Assembly: GCA_902770735.1 (NCBI GenBank)
Contig: CACXUB010000005.1
Location: 5,639 to 69,638 of the forward strand
Length of the DNA stretch: 64,000 bases
Direction: 5' to 3'
From: an uncultured Bacteroidota bacterium
GTDB taxonomy: Bacteria > Bacteroidota > Bacteroidia > Bacteroidales > WCHB1-69
The notes beneath the pieces were generated by a model that saw nothing but the letters and a program-made list of their open reading frames with translations, had not been told where the DNA came from and searched no databases. Both the position numbers and the translations under genes were made by a program. Numbering within the stretch: position 1 is the first letter of the stretch; every line of letters begins with the position of its first letter. This document shows positions 1 through 10,983 of the stretch, in pieces.

Positions 1-1042
1 CGATTTGCAGGTTGGTGCCGCCGTCGATCTGCGAGATGCCGTACTGGATGGCTTTGGCGCGGAATTCGGAAGTCTCGCGGGCCGTCAGAATCATGCCGGT
101 GTAGGGCACGGCCAGACGGAAGATGGCGATGATCTTCTCGAAGGTGTCGTCATCCACAAAGTACTTGGTATCAATGTTTAAGCCTGAAGCGTCCTTGATG
201 CGCGGGAACGAAATCGTGTGCGGTCCCACGTTGAAGCAGGCTTCCAAGTGGTTGGTGTGACGGATCATGGCCAACACCTCGAAACGCCAGTCGTAGAGGC
301 CGAAGAGGATGCCGAGACCGTTGTCGTCGATGCCGGCCTGCTGAGCGCGGTCCATGGAGGTGAGTCGCCATTCGTAGTTGCCTTTGATGGTGTTGGCAGG
401 GTGATACCAGCTGTATGCCTCGGGGTGGTAAGTCTCCTGGAAAATTTGGTAAGTGCCTATGCCAGCCTCTTTTACGATGCGGAAACCTTCCACATCCAGC
501 GGCGCGGCGTTGATGTTGACACGGCGGATGGAGCCGTTGCCTTTGTGCACGGAGTAGGCCAATTTGGTGGTGTGCGCGATGAACTCGGGCGAGTATTTCG
601 GCGACTCGCCATAGACGAGGATCAGCCGCTTCTGACCGTCCTCTTCCAAGGCTTCGATGTTGTGCACGAACTCCTCGTCGGTGAGGGTGGTGCGCACTTG
701 CTCGTGGTTGGACGAACGGAAACCGCAGTATTTGCAGTTGTTGACGCAGTAGTTGCCCACATACAGCGGGGCGAACAGCACGATGCGGTTGCCATAGACG
801 TTGCGTTTCAGCGTGCGGGCGCCCTCCTTGATCTCCTCCACCAGCACGGGGTCGGTGGTGTTGATGAGGACGGCCGTCTCCTCCATCGTCAAACGGTTCT
901 TGTTCAACGACTTGGCGATAATCTCGCGCACCCGCTCGGGCGTGCTTTCCGTCTTGTTGATAAAATCCCAGATCTCTTCCGGGTCGATAAACGGTTTCCC
1001 AATCTCATCGGGAATCCTGCATTTTTCGGGGTTGAATTGCAT
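1..1042 (-). CDS. hydG: [FeFe]-hydrogenase H-cluster radical-SAM maturase HydG (N-terminal ~347 codons; gene continues past the left window edge)
   Basis: Absent from the ORF track because it has no stop in the window. My translation from ATG 1042..1040 reads MQFNPEKCRIPDEIGKPFIDPEEIWDFINKTE...NRIVLFAPLYVGNYCVNNCKYCGFRSSN (CX3CX2C radical-SAM motif), a ThiH/HydG-type sequence. The adjacent TM1266-type regulator favours HydG. Track ORF 218..1096(+) is its antisense shadow. Confidence 0.8.
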   Translation of the reverse strand, partial: MQFNPEKCRIPDEIGKPFIDPEEIWDFINKTESTPERVREIIAKSLNKNRLTMEETAVLINTTDPVLVEEIKEGARTLKRNVYGNRIVLFAPLYVGNYCVNNCKYCGFRSSNHEQVRTTLTDEEFVHNIEALEEDGQKRLILVYGESPKYSPEFIAHTTKLAYSVHKGNGSIRRVNINAAPLDVEGFRIVKEAGIGTYQIFQETYHPEAYSWYHPANTIKGNYEWRLTSMDRAQQAGIDDNGLGILFGLYDWRFEVLAMIRHTNHLEACFNVGPHTISFPRIKDASGLNIDTKYFVDDDTFEKIIAIFRLAVPYTGMILTARETSEFRAKAIQYGISQIDGGTNLQI

Positions 1043-1050
1043 ATTTATAA

Positions 1051-1137
1051 GGGTTATTGGTTATCGGTTATTGAGTGTTTAGAGTTTAGAGTTTAGTGGT
1101 TTAGCGGTTTAGTAGTTAGTAGTTTATTGGTAGTAAT
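1051..1137. repeat. heptamer-period low-complexity spacer (GGGTTAT TGGTTAT CGGTTAT ... TTAGAGT TTAGAGT ... TTAGTAG TTAGTAG)
   Basis: Read directly. Lies between the regulator stop and the hydG start. Confidence 0.85.
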
Positions 1138-1211
1138 CCCCCCCTTCAGGGGGGCAGGGGGGGTCATCCTTTAGGGGGGCAGGGGGGTCATCCTTCAGGG
1201 GGGCAGGGGGG
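1138..1211. repeat. C7 tract plus three tandem ~25-bp units, each carrying two G6-7 tracts
   Basis: CCCCCCC TTCA GGGGGG CA GGGGGGG TCATCCTTTA GGGGGG CA GGGGGG TCATCCTTCA GGGGGG CA GGGGGG. G tracts at 1149-54, 1157-63, 1174-79, 1182-87, 1198-1203, 1206-11. Confidence 0.95.
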
Positions 1212-1213
1212 TA

Positions 1214-1459
1214 TCATGTTTTCGTCACCACTGCTTTTGAGGAGACACCCGGAATCTTGCCCAGCTGTCCGGAAAGGGAATTGATTTCGTTGACTTCGCC
1301 TTCGACAATAAGGGAGATGACGGCCACGGGGCGGTCGTGGAAGGGCAGGCCCTGACGCGCCAACACGATGCCGGAGTGACTGGAAATCACCTCGTTCACA
1401 TGCGCCGCCGCCGCGCGGTCTGACAATAATACCGTAATGGTGCCTATTCGCTTTTCCAT
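1214..1459 (-). CDS. TM1266-family iron-only hydrogenase system regulator (small ACT-like protein)
   Basis: 81 aa, MEKRIGTITVLLSDRAAAAHVNEVISSH...VAVISLIVEGEVNEINSLSGQLGKIPGV. Size and pattern fit the small regulator typically linked to hydE/F/G, and it lies directly upstream of hydG on the same strand. Confidence 0.65.
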   Translation of the reverse strand: MEKRIGTITVLLSDRAAAAHVNEVISSHSGIVLARQGLPFHDRPVAVISLIVEGEVNEINSLSGQLGKIPGVSSKAVVTKT

Positions 1460-1530
1460 CAGAACTTCTTTAGGATCAGGTTATTACACAAAAAGATGTC
1501 ACGCGGGTATTGTGTACCCGAATGAGCGTG

Positions 1531-1538
1531 CAAAGGTA
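1531..1538 (-). promoter_or_regulatory. -7 box TACCTTTG for the TM1266-regulator/hydG operon
   Basis: Exact match on the minus strand, 72 nt upstream of start 1459. Divergent with the 1552 box. Confidence 0.5.
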
Positions 1539-1551
1539 TCATTTTTTTGTG

Positions 1552-1559
1552 TATTTTTG
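1552..1559 (+). promoter_or_regulatory. -7 box TATTTTTG (Bacteroidota TAnnTTTG) for 1600..2730
   Basis: Exact TAnnTTTG match, 41 nt upstream of the ATG. Confidence 0.6.
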
Positions 1560-1599
1560 CAGCTTCAAAAAAATTACTGTTTTCTGTTAAAAAAGAGAC

Positions 1600-2730
1600 A
1601 TGCAAAAATATATAAGGTACTGTGTATCAATATTGTTGATGAGTGTATGCTTGTCTCTTTCGGCGCAGAAATCGGTTTCGGATTATCAGGAACTTTACTC
1701 TGAGGCGGAGATTTTGGCTAACAGCGCCATTTACGATGTCGCGAGACAATATTATATTGATGCCTTCCGGGCTGTGCCCTCTGGACGGAATGCGCGTGAG
1801 GTGAAATACAAAATCAAGCAGAAAGCTTTGAAAATGGAATGCTACATGCGTTTCTATCACCTTATGGATCAGGCGAATACTCTGGAACAAATGCACGACT
1901 TCGAAAGCGCCCAGAAATACTTCGCGGACGCATTGCAGTATGTGGAGGATGAGTCTCTCATTATTCCGGGAATCGATTCCCTCAGGTCCCGCCTCCAAAT
2001 CATTCAGCAAACTTCCGACCTCTGCCGGAATCTCTGCCAGATTGAACTGCTGAATATGGAAGGGGATTATGATGAAGCCAGAAAACTCTATTTCCAATGG
2101 GTTGAACAGGCCGAAAGTTATGGTTACAAATGGAAAAATTATAGTTTCCCGCCTTCTTTTGTCCAAAAAGTGGATTCTATCACCGATTTTTTGTATGAAG
2201 ACCGCAATAATTCTTTGGTTTACCGCTCTATTTTCCCCGAGGAATATGTGGTGATGGACGACTACCTTTTCCAGCTTCTCAATACCACCGCCTGTCAAAA
2301 TCCACAACCCATTGAATCGGATATCACCTTTGTGGTTTCTTTGGACACGAATGGCATTGTCAAAATGTATATTGATGGTAATCAGATAGATAACGAGTTT
2401 AACTCCGCGCTTCTAAAGGATATGCAGTTGAGTATGTCGCAGCCGTATCGCTACGGGTTCTCGCTTCCTGTAAAAGAGGAACTGCATTACCACGTCTCGT
2501 CGAACAAGGTTTCGGTCTGGGTGCATAAAACCAAAACCGGATATGAGGTGAAGGATAAGGCCCTTGGCAATTTGTATGCCAAAGAGCTCCGTTCAGAGCT
2601 TTCCCCCGCCCCCGCAGGCAAATATTTATTCCAGATTCATCAAAATGTGATTGACAACCAGGCGCTGTCCACTGTCCGTCTGGCTCAAGCCAAAGGCGGC
2701 AAGGCGAAAAAGTGGCTGAAAACCAAATAA
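1600..2730 (+). CDS. hypothetical secreted protein (helical N-terminal half, beta-rich C-terminal half)
   Basis: 376-aa ORF with ATG start and signal peptide MQKYIRYCVSILLMSVCLSLSAQ. A -7 box lies 41 nt upstream. No family recognised. Confidence 0.6.
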   Translation: MQKYIRYCVSILLMSVCLSLSAQKSVSDYQELYSEAEILANSAIYDVARQYYIDAFRAVPSGRNAREVKYKIKQKALKMECYMRFYHLMDQANTLEQMHDFESAQKYFADALQYVEDESLIIPGIDSLRSRLQIIQQTSDLCRNLCQIELLNMEGDYDEARKLYFQWVEQAESYGYKWKNYSFPPSFVQKVDSITDFLYEDRNNSLVYRSIFPEEYVVMDDYLFQLLNTTACQNPQPIESDITFVVSLDTNGIVKMYIDGNQIDNEFNSALLKDMQLSMSQPYRYGFSLPVKEELHYHVSSNKVSVWVHKTKTGYEVKDKALGNLYAKELRSELSPAPAGKYLFQIHQNVIDNQALSTVRLAQAKGGKAKKWLKTK

Positions 2731-2803
2731 AATTGTATTCCTTCTACAATTTTTTTGTAACCTTTTCGTTGTTTTGCATCATATTAACATAAATAACATC
2801 ATT

Positions 2804-3685
2804 ATGAAGAAAATCTTGATCTTAAGTTTATGCGCTGTGTTATGCGCCGCTTTGATCTCCTGCGAAAAGGAGAAGCCAGGTGTTTATAACCCGAAAAAGA
2901 AAATCCAGAAGATTTATTGCGAGAATGATGGCGAAAAAGTGCTGGATCAGGTATGGAATTGGTCTGGCAAGTTGCTTAACCGTATTGATTATTATTATCA
3001 TGGAAATGTAGCTGGTTCGGACGTTTATTCGTATGATAGTAAAAACCGCATCGTGAGAATAACGAATGAAGATGAAACGCTTGATTTCGTTTACGAGAAC
3101 GATAGAATCAAAACCATCAACTATGGTTGGGCTGACGAATTGGAGGAGTCTTACAATATGATTTATGACAACGATAAGCTGTCCAAGATTGAATGGGTGG
3201 TTTATGATGGTTATATCAAAAGCGGTCACGAAAGAAAACTCAATCCGTTGGCAAGTTTGATTCCTCAAGACGGGGACGTGTTGGAAAAACAACTGCGGAA
3301 AATTCATTCGCAACAGAAATGGGAGGAAAAACTCATCCTTGAATTGACGTGGGAAGGCAAGAATGTCAGTCATATTTTTGCATACATTGAAGGTGATCCT
3401 GAAGAAACAATGGATGCCTCTTTTACTTACGATAATAAAATCAATCCGCTGAAAGGTTGGGCTTCTTTTTGGTTTGATTGTGTCATTGGGGTATGGGAAG
3501 ACGAAAATTTCTCTTATACGAACACCGGAAATGTGTTGACGGCTGTCTATAGTTATAAGGAAGCAGGGGTGGAGTTTGACTATTTTGCCACGGATTACAC
3601 TTACGAATATGACGGAAATTATCCTGTGAAGGTGACCGCCACGAACGACGGCGAACCGTATTTTACCCGCTATTACGAATATTAG
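2804..3685 (+). CDS. hypothetical lipoprotein with YD-repeat-like motifs
   Basis: Start moved to MKKILILSLCAVLCAALISC (lipobox LISC). Contains repeated Y-x-YD/ND-like segments (VYSYDSKNRIVRI, FVYENDRIKTI, MIYDNDKLSKI). Region is AT-richer than its neighbours. Confidence 0.6.
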   Translation: MKKILILSLCAVLCAALISCEKEKPGVYNPKKKIQKIYCENDGEKVLDQVWNWSGKLLNRIDYYYHGNVAGSDVYSYDSKNRIVRITNEDETLDFVYENDRIKTINYGWADELEESYNMIYDNDKLSKIEWVVYDGYIKSGHERKLNPLASLIPQDGDVLEKQLRKIHSQQKWEEKLILELTWEGKNVSHIFAYIEGDPEETMDASFTYDNKINPLKGWASFWFDCVIGVWEDENFSYTNTGNVLTAVYSYKEAGVEFDYFATDYTYEYDGNYPVKVTATNDGEPYFTRYYEY

Positions 3686-3733
3686 TCGTTGTATTAAATC
3701 AAAAAGTAACGTGATCCACAAAGCGTGCCGGAG

Positions 3734-3805
3734 GCACGAAATCTCAATAACCCCACATAAGCGTAACGAAGTGAAGCGCAGTGTGGGGTTATTGAGATTT
3801 CGTGC
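3734..3805. repeat. 24-bp perfect inverted repeat with 24-nt loop
   Basis: GCACGAAATCTCAATAACCCCACA(3734-3757) ... TGTGGGGTTATTGAGATTTCGTGC(3782-3805). Loop is TAAGCGTAACGAAGTGAAGCGCAG. Confidence 0.9.
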
Positions 3806-3881
3806 TTTCAGCACGCGCGCGACACAAAGAGCCGATGATCGGAACCTAATTCCTGCGGTTCGTTCCTAACCTAAAAATTTG

Positions 3882-3889
3882 TACCTTTG
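3882..3889 (+). promoter_or_regulatory. -7 box TACCTTTG for ABC ATPase 3914..4663
   Basis: Exact match, 25 nt upstream of ATG 3914. Confidence 0.65.
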
Positions 3890-3913
3890 CGCCCTTATTT
3901 GAAAAGTACGAAC

Positions 3914-4663
3914 ATGTCTATTATAGTTAACAACGTCACAAAGGTTTTTGGGCAGCAATACGCCCTCAACAAAGTCAGTTTCGAAGCCAAAAAAGGCGAA
4001 ATCGTCGGTTTTTTAGGTCCAAACGGTGCCGGCAAGACCACCATGATGAAAATCATCACGGGTCTGATTCCGCCCACGGAAGGCGAAGTCACGGTCTGCG
4101 GTCTCGACATCTGGAAGGATTCTCTGAAACTGCGACAGATCATCGGTTACCTTTCGGAAGCCAATCCGCTCTATTACGACATGTATGTGCGGGAGTTCTT
4201 GGAGTTTGTGGCCGGCGTTTTCCACCTGAAGGACAAGAAGAAAAGTGTCGATGAGGTCATCGAGCGCACCGGCCTCACTCCCGAGCAACACAAGAAAATC
4301 GGAGCGTTGTCACGGGGTTACAAGCAGCGTGTCGGCATCGCGCAGGCCCTCATCCACAACCCCGAAGTGTTGATTTTAGACGAGCCTACCACCGGTCTCG
4401 ACCCGAACCAACTCATTGAAATTCGCGAACTTATCCGCTCATACGGCAAGAACCGCACCGTGCTGCTCTCCACCCACATCATGCAGGAGGTGCAGGCGAT
4501 GTGCGACCACGTGGTCATCATCAACAAAGGCGAACTTGTGGCCGACACCCTGACCAAGGACCTCCATCTCTTAGCCGAAAAAGTCGGCCTCAAAACCGCC
4601 GCCGACCTCGACGCCCTCGGCATGGAACAACTCTTCCATCGACTCACGATGAATAATGAATGA
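3914..4663 (+). CDS. ABC transporter ATP-binding protein (ABC-2 / GldA-like subfamily)
   Basis: Walker A GPNGAGKTT, signature LSRGYKQR, Walker B LILDEPTTGLD, H-loop LLSTHIMQE. Track start 3887 (TTG) overlaps the -7 box, so start set to ATG 3914. Confidence 0.85.
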   Translation: MSIIVNNVTKVFGQQYALNKVSFEAKKGEIVGFLGPNGAGKTTMMKIITGLIPPTEGEVTVCGLDIWKDSLKLRQIIGYLSEANPLYYDMYVREFLEFVAGVFHLKDKKKSVDEVIERTGLTPEQHKKIGALSRGYKQRVGIAQALIHNPEVLILDEPTTGLDPNQLIEIRELIRSYGKNRTVLLSTHIMQEVQAMCDHVVIINKGELVADTLTKDLHLLAEKVGLKTAADLDALGMEQLFHRLTMNNE

Positions 4664-4678
4664 TAACTTTTTCCAAGA

Positions 4679-4763
4679 GGGCTGCAAGCCCGACACGTGT
4701 CAACCCAGGGTGAACGCAGTGAACCCTGGGATAAAAAGGTGGAGCGAAGCGGAACCCTGGGTG
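4679..4763 (+). repeat. composite hairpin repeat: GGGCTGCAAGCCCGACACGTGTCAAC module plus CCCAGGG/CCCTGGG hairpin units
   Basis: The 26-nt module 4679-4704 recurs as an exact reverse complement at 59089-59114. Hairpin at 4704-4730, partial second unit at 4751-4763. Confidence 0.9.
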
Positions 4764-4797
4764 TATGCCGAATGAATGTAATGAATGAGACATCAAC

Positions 4798-6078
4798 ATG
4801 AACCAACGAATTACAACCCCATATATCAAAAAAAACGGTCGAATGGAAGAAGCCTCATTTGAGGAGGCATTTGCGTTTGTAGCGCAGAGAATCCAGACAG
4901 CCAAACCTAACAGCACGCTGGTGATGAGCTCTGGCAGTTACTCCAACGAGACACTTTACCTGCTACAGCGGTTGGCTCGTACAACATTGAATACTAATGC
5001 TTTAGGTCCGTTTGACTACTATCGGCGCGGCACGGATTTCTTCGCCGACAAGAACGACATTCTGCCGTTCGCGGAGATGTTTTCCTCCGACAAATTCTAT
5101 TGCATGTTCCCGAATGTAGAGACCTCGGAAACGTTGAAGGCCGTTTTCGAGATCCTGAAACACTGTCCCGACACCCCGCGCTACTGGTTCAATACCCCTG
5201 ATACATTGAACATTACCGACTATTACGCCTTCTTCCGCAGCGTCAATTTCTACCTGATCCAACACCATTTGGAGAAGGGCATCTACGTGGAGGTTTTGGG
5301 TAAGAATTATGGGGCTTATAAACAGGCCTTATTGGCGGATGACTATGAAGCTCTTCTGCAAAAGAACAGCTTGCAAAACATTGATATACAGAAATTTGTT
5401 GACGATCTAATAACGGTTCACACACCCGCGTTTATTATGTGGGAGCGTTGGCTGACGGAGCAGGCCTATCACGAGTTGGAAAACCTCTGCATGTTACTCG
5501 ATGTGCAGTCGAAGCCGGCGGCGGGATTCCTCACCATCAAAAGCGAGTTGAACAGCCAGGGATTGTTCGACATGGGGATGTTCCCGCATATCGCACCGGG
5601 CGGTCACGCGCTGGACGAGACGATGCGGCAGAAGATGGAAGGCGTGTTGGGGACGGCCGTCTGTGCAGAGCCGATAGATGTACCCGCCATCCTCGACCGA
5701 GCCGGCTTCCGCAACGTCCTGCTTTGGAACGCGCTCAATGTGGAGATTTCGCAAGATATTATCAATCAATTGGATAAGGCGGATTTTTCGGTTTTGCACA
5801 CCGCTTTTATGCCCGAGAACGCCGACCTTTACAATGTGATTCTGCCCGCCAACCTTCCCGAGGAACTTTCCGGCACCTATACGGATACCTCCAAAGTGCC
5901 GCACAACTTCGTGTCTGACGTGAAAGATCCGTTGGAATACAACAACTTACAGCAAATCGCGGAATTGGCAGAACGCCTCGGACACACCTTCCCGAACGAC
6001 AAGGATGAGGTTTTCCTCGAATACATCTCCTTCATGGAAGCCGGCTGCCACAGCGCGGAACGGCATTTCTTCAAATGA
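4798..6078 (+). CDS. molybdopterin-oxidoreductase-fold protein (NuoG/FdhA-like), apparently without an Fe-S Cys motif
   Basis: N-terminus ASFEEAFAFVAQRIQTAKPNSTLVMSSGSYSNETLYLLQRLARTTLNTNAL matches the characteristic start of the molybdopterin oxidoreductase domain. I see no CxxCxxxC cluster motif. Confidence 0.55.
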   Translation: MNQRITTPYIKKNGRMEEASFEEAFAFVAQRIQTAKPNSTLVMSSGSYSNETLYLLQRLARTTLNTNALGPFDYYRRGTDFFADKNDILPFAEMFSSDKFYCMFPNVETSETLKAVFEILKHCPDTPRYWFNTPDTLNITDYYAFFRSVNFYLIQHHLEKGIYVEVLGKNYGAYKQALLADDYEALLQKNSLQNIDIQKFVDDLITVHTPAFIMWERWLTEQAYHELENLCMLLDVQSKPAAGFLTIKSELNSQGLFDMGMFPHIAPGGHALDETMRQKMEGVLGTAVCAEPIDVPAILDRAGFRNVLLWNALNVEISQDIINQLDKADFSVLHTAFMPENADLYNVILPANLPEELSGTYTDTSKVPHNFVSDVKDPLEYNNLQQIAELAERLGHTFPNDKDEVFLEYISFMEAGCHSAERHFFK

Positions 6079-6170
6079 GGACTTGAGACTTAGGAGTTGA
6101 GATTTGAGACTTAGGACTTGAGACTTGAGACTTAAGGTTGAAGTCTTGTTAAAGTCTTAAGTCTTACGTC
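6079..6170 (+). repeat. ~13 tandem heptamers GACTTGA/GACTTAG/GAGTTGA/GACTTAA directly after a stop codon
   Basis: Read directly. Begins 1 nt after TGA 6076-6078. Confidence 0.9.
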
Positions 6171-6175
6171 TTTTT
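6129..6175 (+). terminator. hairpin plus T-run after 4798..6078
   Basis: GACTTAAG(6129-6136)/CTTAAGTC(6156-6163), then a TTTTT run at 6171-6175. Built from heptamer repeat units. Confidence 0.45.
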
Positions 6176-6209
6176 GGTGTTGTGCTGAAAGCTGTAAACC
6201 AAAAAATAC

Positions 6210-6217
6210 TATCTTTG
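6210..6217 (+). promoter_or_regulatory. -7 box TATCTTTG for valS
   Basis: Exact match, 65 nt upstream of ATG 6282. Confidence 0.6.
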
Positions 6218-6281
6218 CCGTTTGTTTCCCTAAGTGGAATGATTCACCTATTTTGTTAATTTACAAACGATTATAAAGATT

Positions 6282-8921
<2,640 letters not shown>

Positions 8922-8922
8922 T

Positions 8923-9093
8923 ATGAAAGCGGTTCTGCGTTATTTCATACTTTTGGCTGCGTTGCTGATACCTTTCACGTTCTCCAGCGTGAAGCAGCGT
9001 TTCCCGATACTGGTGGGCATCACGCTCGGCGTGACGCTCGCCTACTGGGGGATGTACTTTTGGATGAAGAAGAAAGGGAAAACGAAGGAATAG
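8923..9093 (+). CDS. candidate small membrane protein (56 aa, two hydrophobic helices)
   Basis: Below the track cutoff. ATG lies 1 nt after the valS stop. My translation is MKAVLRYFILLAALLIPFTFSSVKQRFPILVGITLGVTLAYWGMYFWMKKKGKTKE, followed by the terminator hairpin at 9123. Confidence 0.35.
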   Translation: MKAVLRYFILLAALLIPFTFSSVKQRFPILVGITLGVTLAYWGMYFWMKKKGKTKE

Positions 9094-9122
9094 GAAGGCA
9101 TCTGAGTCCTCCCAAATGTGCC

Positions 9123-9160
9123 GTAGAGACGCAGTCATTGCGTCTCTACTTTTGTTTTTT
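9123..9160. terminator. bidirectional intrinsic terminator between the valS/small ORF and the convergent sugar porter
   Basis: Perfect 11-bp stem GTAGAGACGCA(9123-9133)/TGCGTCTCTAC(9139-9149) with a 5-nt loop, followed by TTTTGTTTTTT. Confidence 0.7.
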
Positions 9161-10699
9161 CCTCCAGTACCCCTCCATCTCCTCCAACGACTTCCCGGTC
9201 GTTTCCGGCACCATCTTCCAGATGAAGAGAGCGGCGAGAACACCCATCAATCCGTAAATCCAATATGAGAAGCCGTGGTTGAACATCGCGGTGAGGGTCT
9301 CGTTTTTGTCCAGCATCGGGAACGTCCAGGAAACCAGGAAGTTGGAAATCCACTGTGAGGCCACGGCGACACTCATCACCATGGAGCGGATGGAATTCGG
9401 GAAGATTTCGGAGAGCAGCACCCAGCAGACAGGTCCCCACGACATGGCAAATCCTGCCGTATAGACCAACATGCAGATCAACGAGCCAAGGCCCACGTGA
9501 TGCATGTAGAACGTGGTGCCGAGGATGAACATCGACAGGGCCATCACCAATGCGCCCACAATCATCAGCGGACGGCGCCCGAACTTATCGACCGTCAGGA
9601 TGGCGATGATAGTGAAGGTGAGGTTCACCGCCCCGACGATAATCTGCTGCATCAAAGCGGTGTCGGTGGCCGCGCCCATCGTCTTGAAGATTTCCGGCGC
9701 ATAGTAGAGCACCACGTTGATGCCGATGAACTGTTGCAGCGAGGCCAACAACACGCCCACTACCACAATGCCGATACCGTAGTTTCGGATAGGGACGATT
9801 AGCGAAATCAGGAAGCTGACGAGCAGGGAAATCTCCAATGCGCTGTTGACTTTGCACAACTTTAGAATGATGAAACCGGCCACAAAAAGGATGAGCCAGT
9901 CGAGCATGAAGAGGTAGAAAGCCCGCATGGAAGAAGACTTTTCTTTCAAGCTTTCGCGGATGGATTCCATTTCTTTTTCCGCATTGTTGCCGGTGGTTTT
10001 GCGCAACACCTTGAGTGCCTTTTCCTCGCGGCCGCGCATGACCAGGTAGCGTGGGGTTTCAGGCACGAAGAAGAGGGCGACGAGGAAGAGTCCGGCGGGA
10101 ATCATCTCCGAGGCGAACATCTGCCGCCAGCCGATAGTGTGCAACCAATCCGCGTCGCCGCGCTGGGCGATGCTGTAGTTCACGAAGTAGATAATCAACA
10201 TGCCGAGAATGATGGCGAACTGGTTGAGGGAAACCAGCGTGCCGCGCCGGTTCGCGGGCGCGATTTCGGCGATGTACATCGGGGAAAGCATCGAGGCGAT
10301 ACCCACACCCACGCCGCCGCTGATGCGGTAGAAGACGAAATGGTTGATGAAATGGTAGTCGCCGTCGCCGGGCATCCCCCAGAAAATCTCCGGCCAGGCT
10401 GAGCGGATGGCAGAAAGCAAAAACAGCACTGCAGCGATCATCAGTGAGGGTTTGCGGCCGAGCTTCTGCGAAAGCCAACCGGCCAAGCAAGCTCCTATGA
10501 TACAGCCGATTAATGCGCTGCTCACCACAAAGCCCTCCAAGGCGTTGGCCTGCGCGGGGGGAAGTCCCTGCGGCTCGATGAAAAAGACCCGCAACGACTC
10601 CACCGTGCCGGAAATCACCGCCGTGTCGTAACCGAAAAGAAAACCGCCTAATGTGGCCACAATCGTCAGCGCAATGATATATAGTCTGTTGTTCTTCAT
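9146..10699 (-). CDS. sugar porter family MFS transporter (XylE-like sugar:H+ symporter)
   Basis: N-terminus LGGFLFGYDTAVISG, GRKPSLMIAAVLF, PETPRYL and PESPRW-like motifs, 12-TM pattern. 517 aa with an extra loop/TM insertion around aa 270-320. Confidence 0.9.
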   Translation of the reverse strand: MKNNRLYIIALTIVATLGGFLFGYDTAVISGTVESLRVFFIEPQGLPPAQANALEGFVVSSALIGCIIGACLAGWLSQKLGRKPSLMIAAVLFLLSAIRSAWPEIFWGMPGDGDYHFINHFVFYRISGGVGVGIASMLSPMYIAEIAPANRRGTLVSLNQFAIILGMLIIYFVNYSIAQRGDADWLHTIGWRQMFASEMIPAGLFLVALFFVPETPRYLVMRGREEKALKVLRKTTGNNAEKEMESIRESLKEKSSSMRAFYLFMLDWLILFVAGFIILKLCKVNSALEISLLVSFLISLIVPIRNYGIGIVVVGVLLASLQQFIGINVVLYYAPEIFKTMGAATDTALMQQIIVGAVNLTFTIIAILTVDKFGRRPLMIVGALVMALSMFILGTTFYMHHVGLGSLICMLVYTAGFAMSWGPVCWVLLSEIFPNSIRSMVMSVAVASQWISNFLVSWTFPMLDKNETLTAMFNHGFSYWIYGLMGVLAALFIWKMVPETTGKSLEEMEGYWRKKQK

Positions 10700-10727
10700 A
10701 TTATATTATAGAATCAAATTGAATCGG

Positions 10728-10735
10728 CAAAAATA
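10728..10735 (-). promoter_or_regulatory. -7 box TATTTTTG for sugar porter 9146..10699
   Basis: Exact match on the minus strand, 29 nt upstream of the start. Confidence 0.65.
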
Positions 10736-10932
10736 AAAAAAAATAGGTCAAAACAGGACTTTTATGTAATTCTTTGCTTGTACTATCAGAATCCATTTTT
10801 TACGCCGAAACACTAATTTTCTGCGAAAAATCAGCAGGTTTTTAAGAAGAAAAATTCTTATTCTAATGTAATGTGCTGAATATCAATAAGAAAAAAAATT
10901 TCAAAAAGTGTTCATCGTATGTGTTGCTGTAT

Positions 10933-10940
10933 TACTTTTG
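10933..10940 (+). promoter_or_regulatory. -7 box TACTTTTG for the ABC/membrane/GntR operon
   Basis: Exact match, 44 nt upstream of ATG 10984. Followed by the direct repeat CACTAAT(10954-10960)/CACTAAT(10962-10968), a possible YtrA operator. Confidence 0.6.
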
Positions 10941-10983
10941 CGGTGTTTTAGTTCACTAATACACTAATAAAAAAAATAACGAT

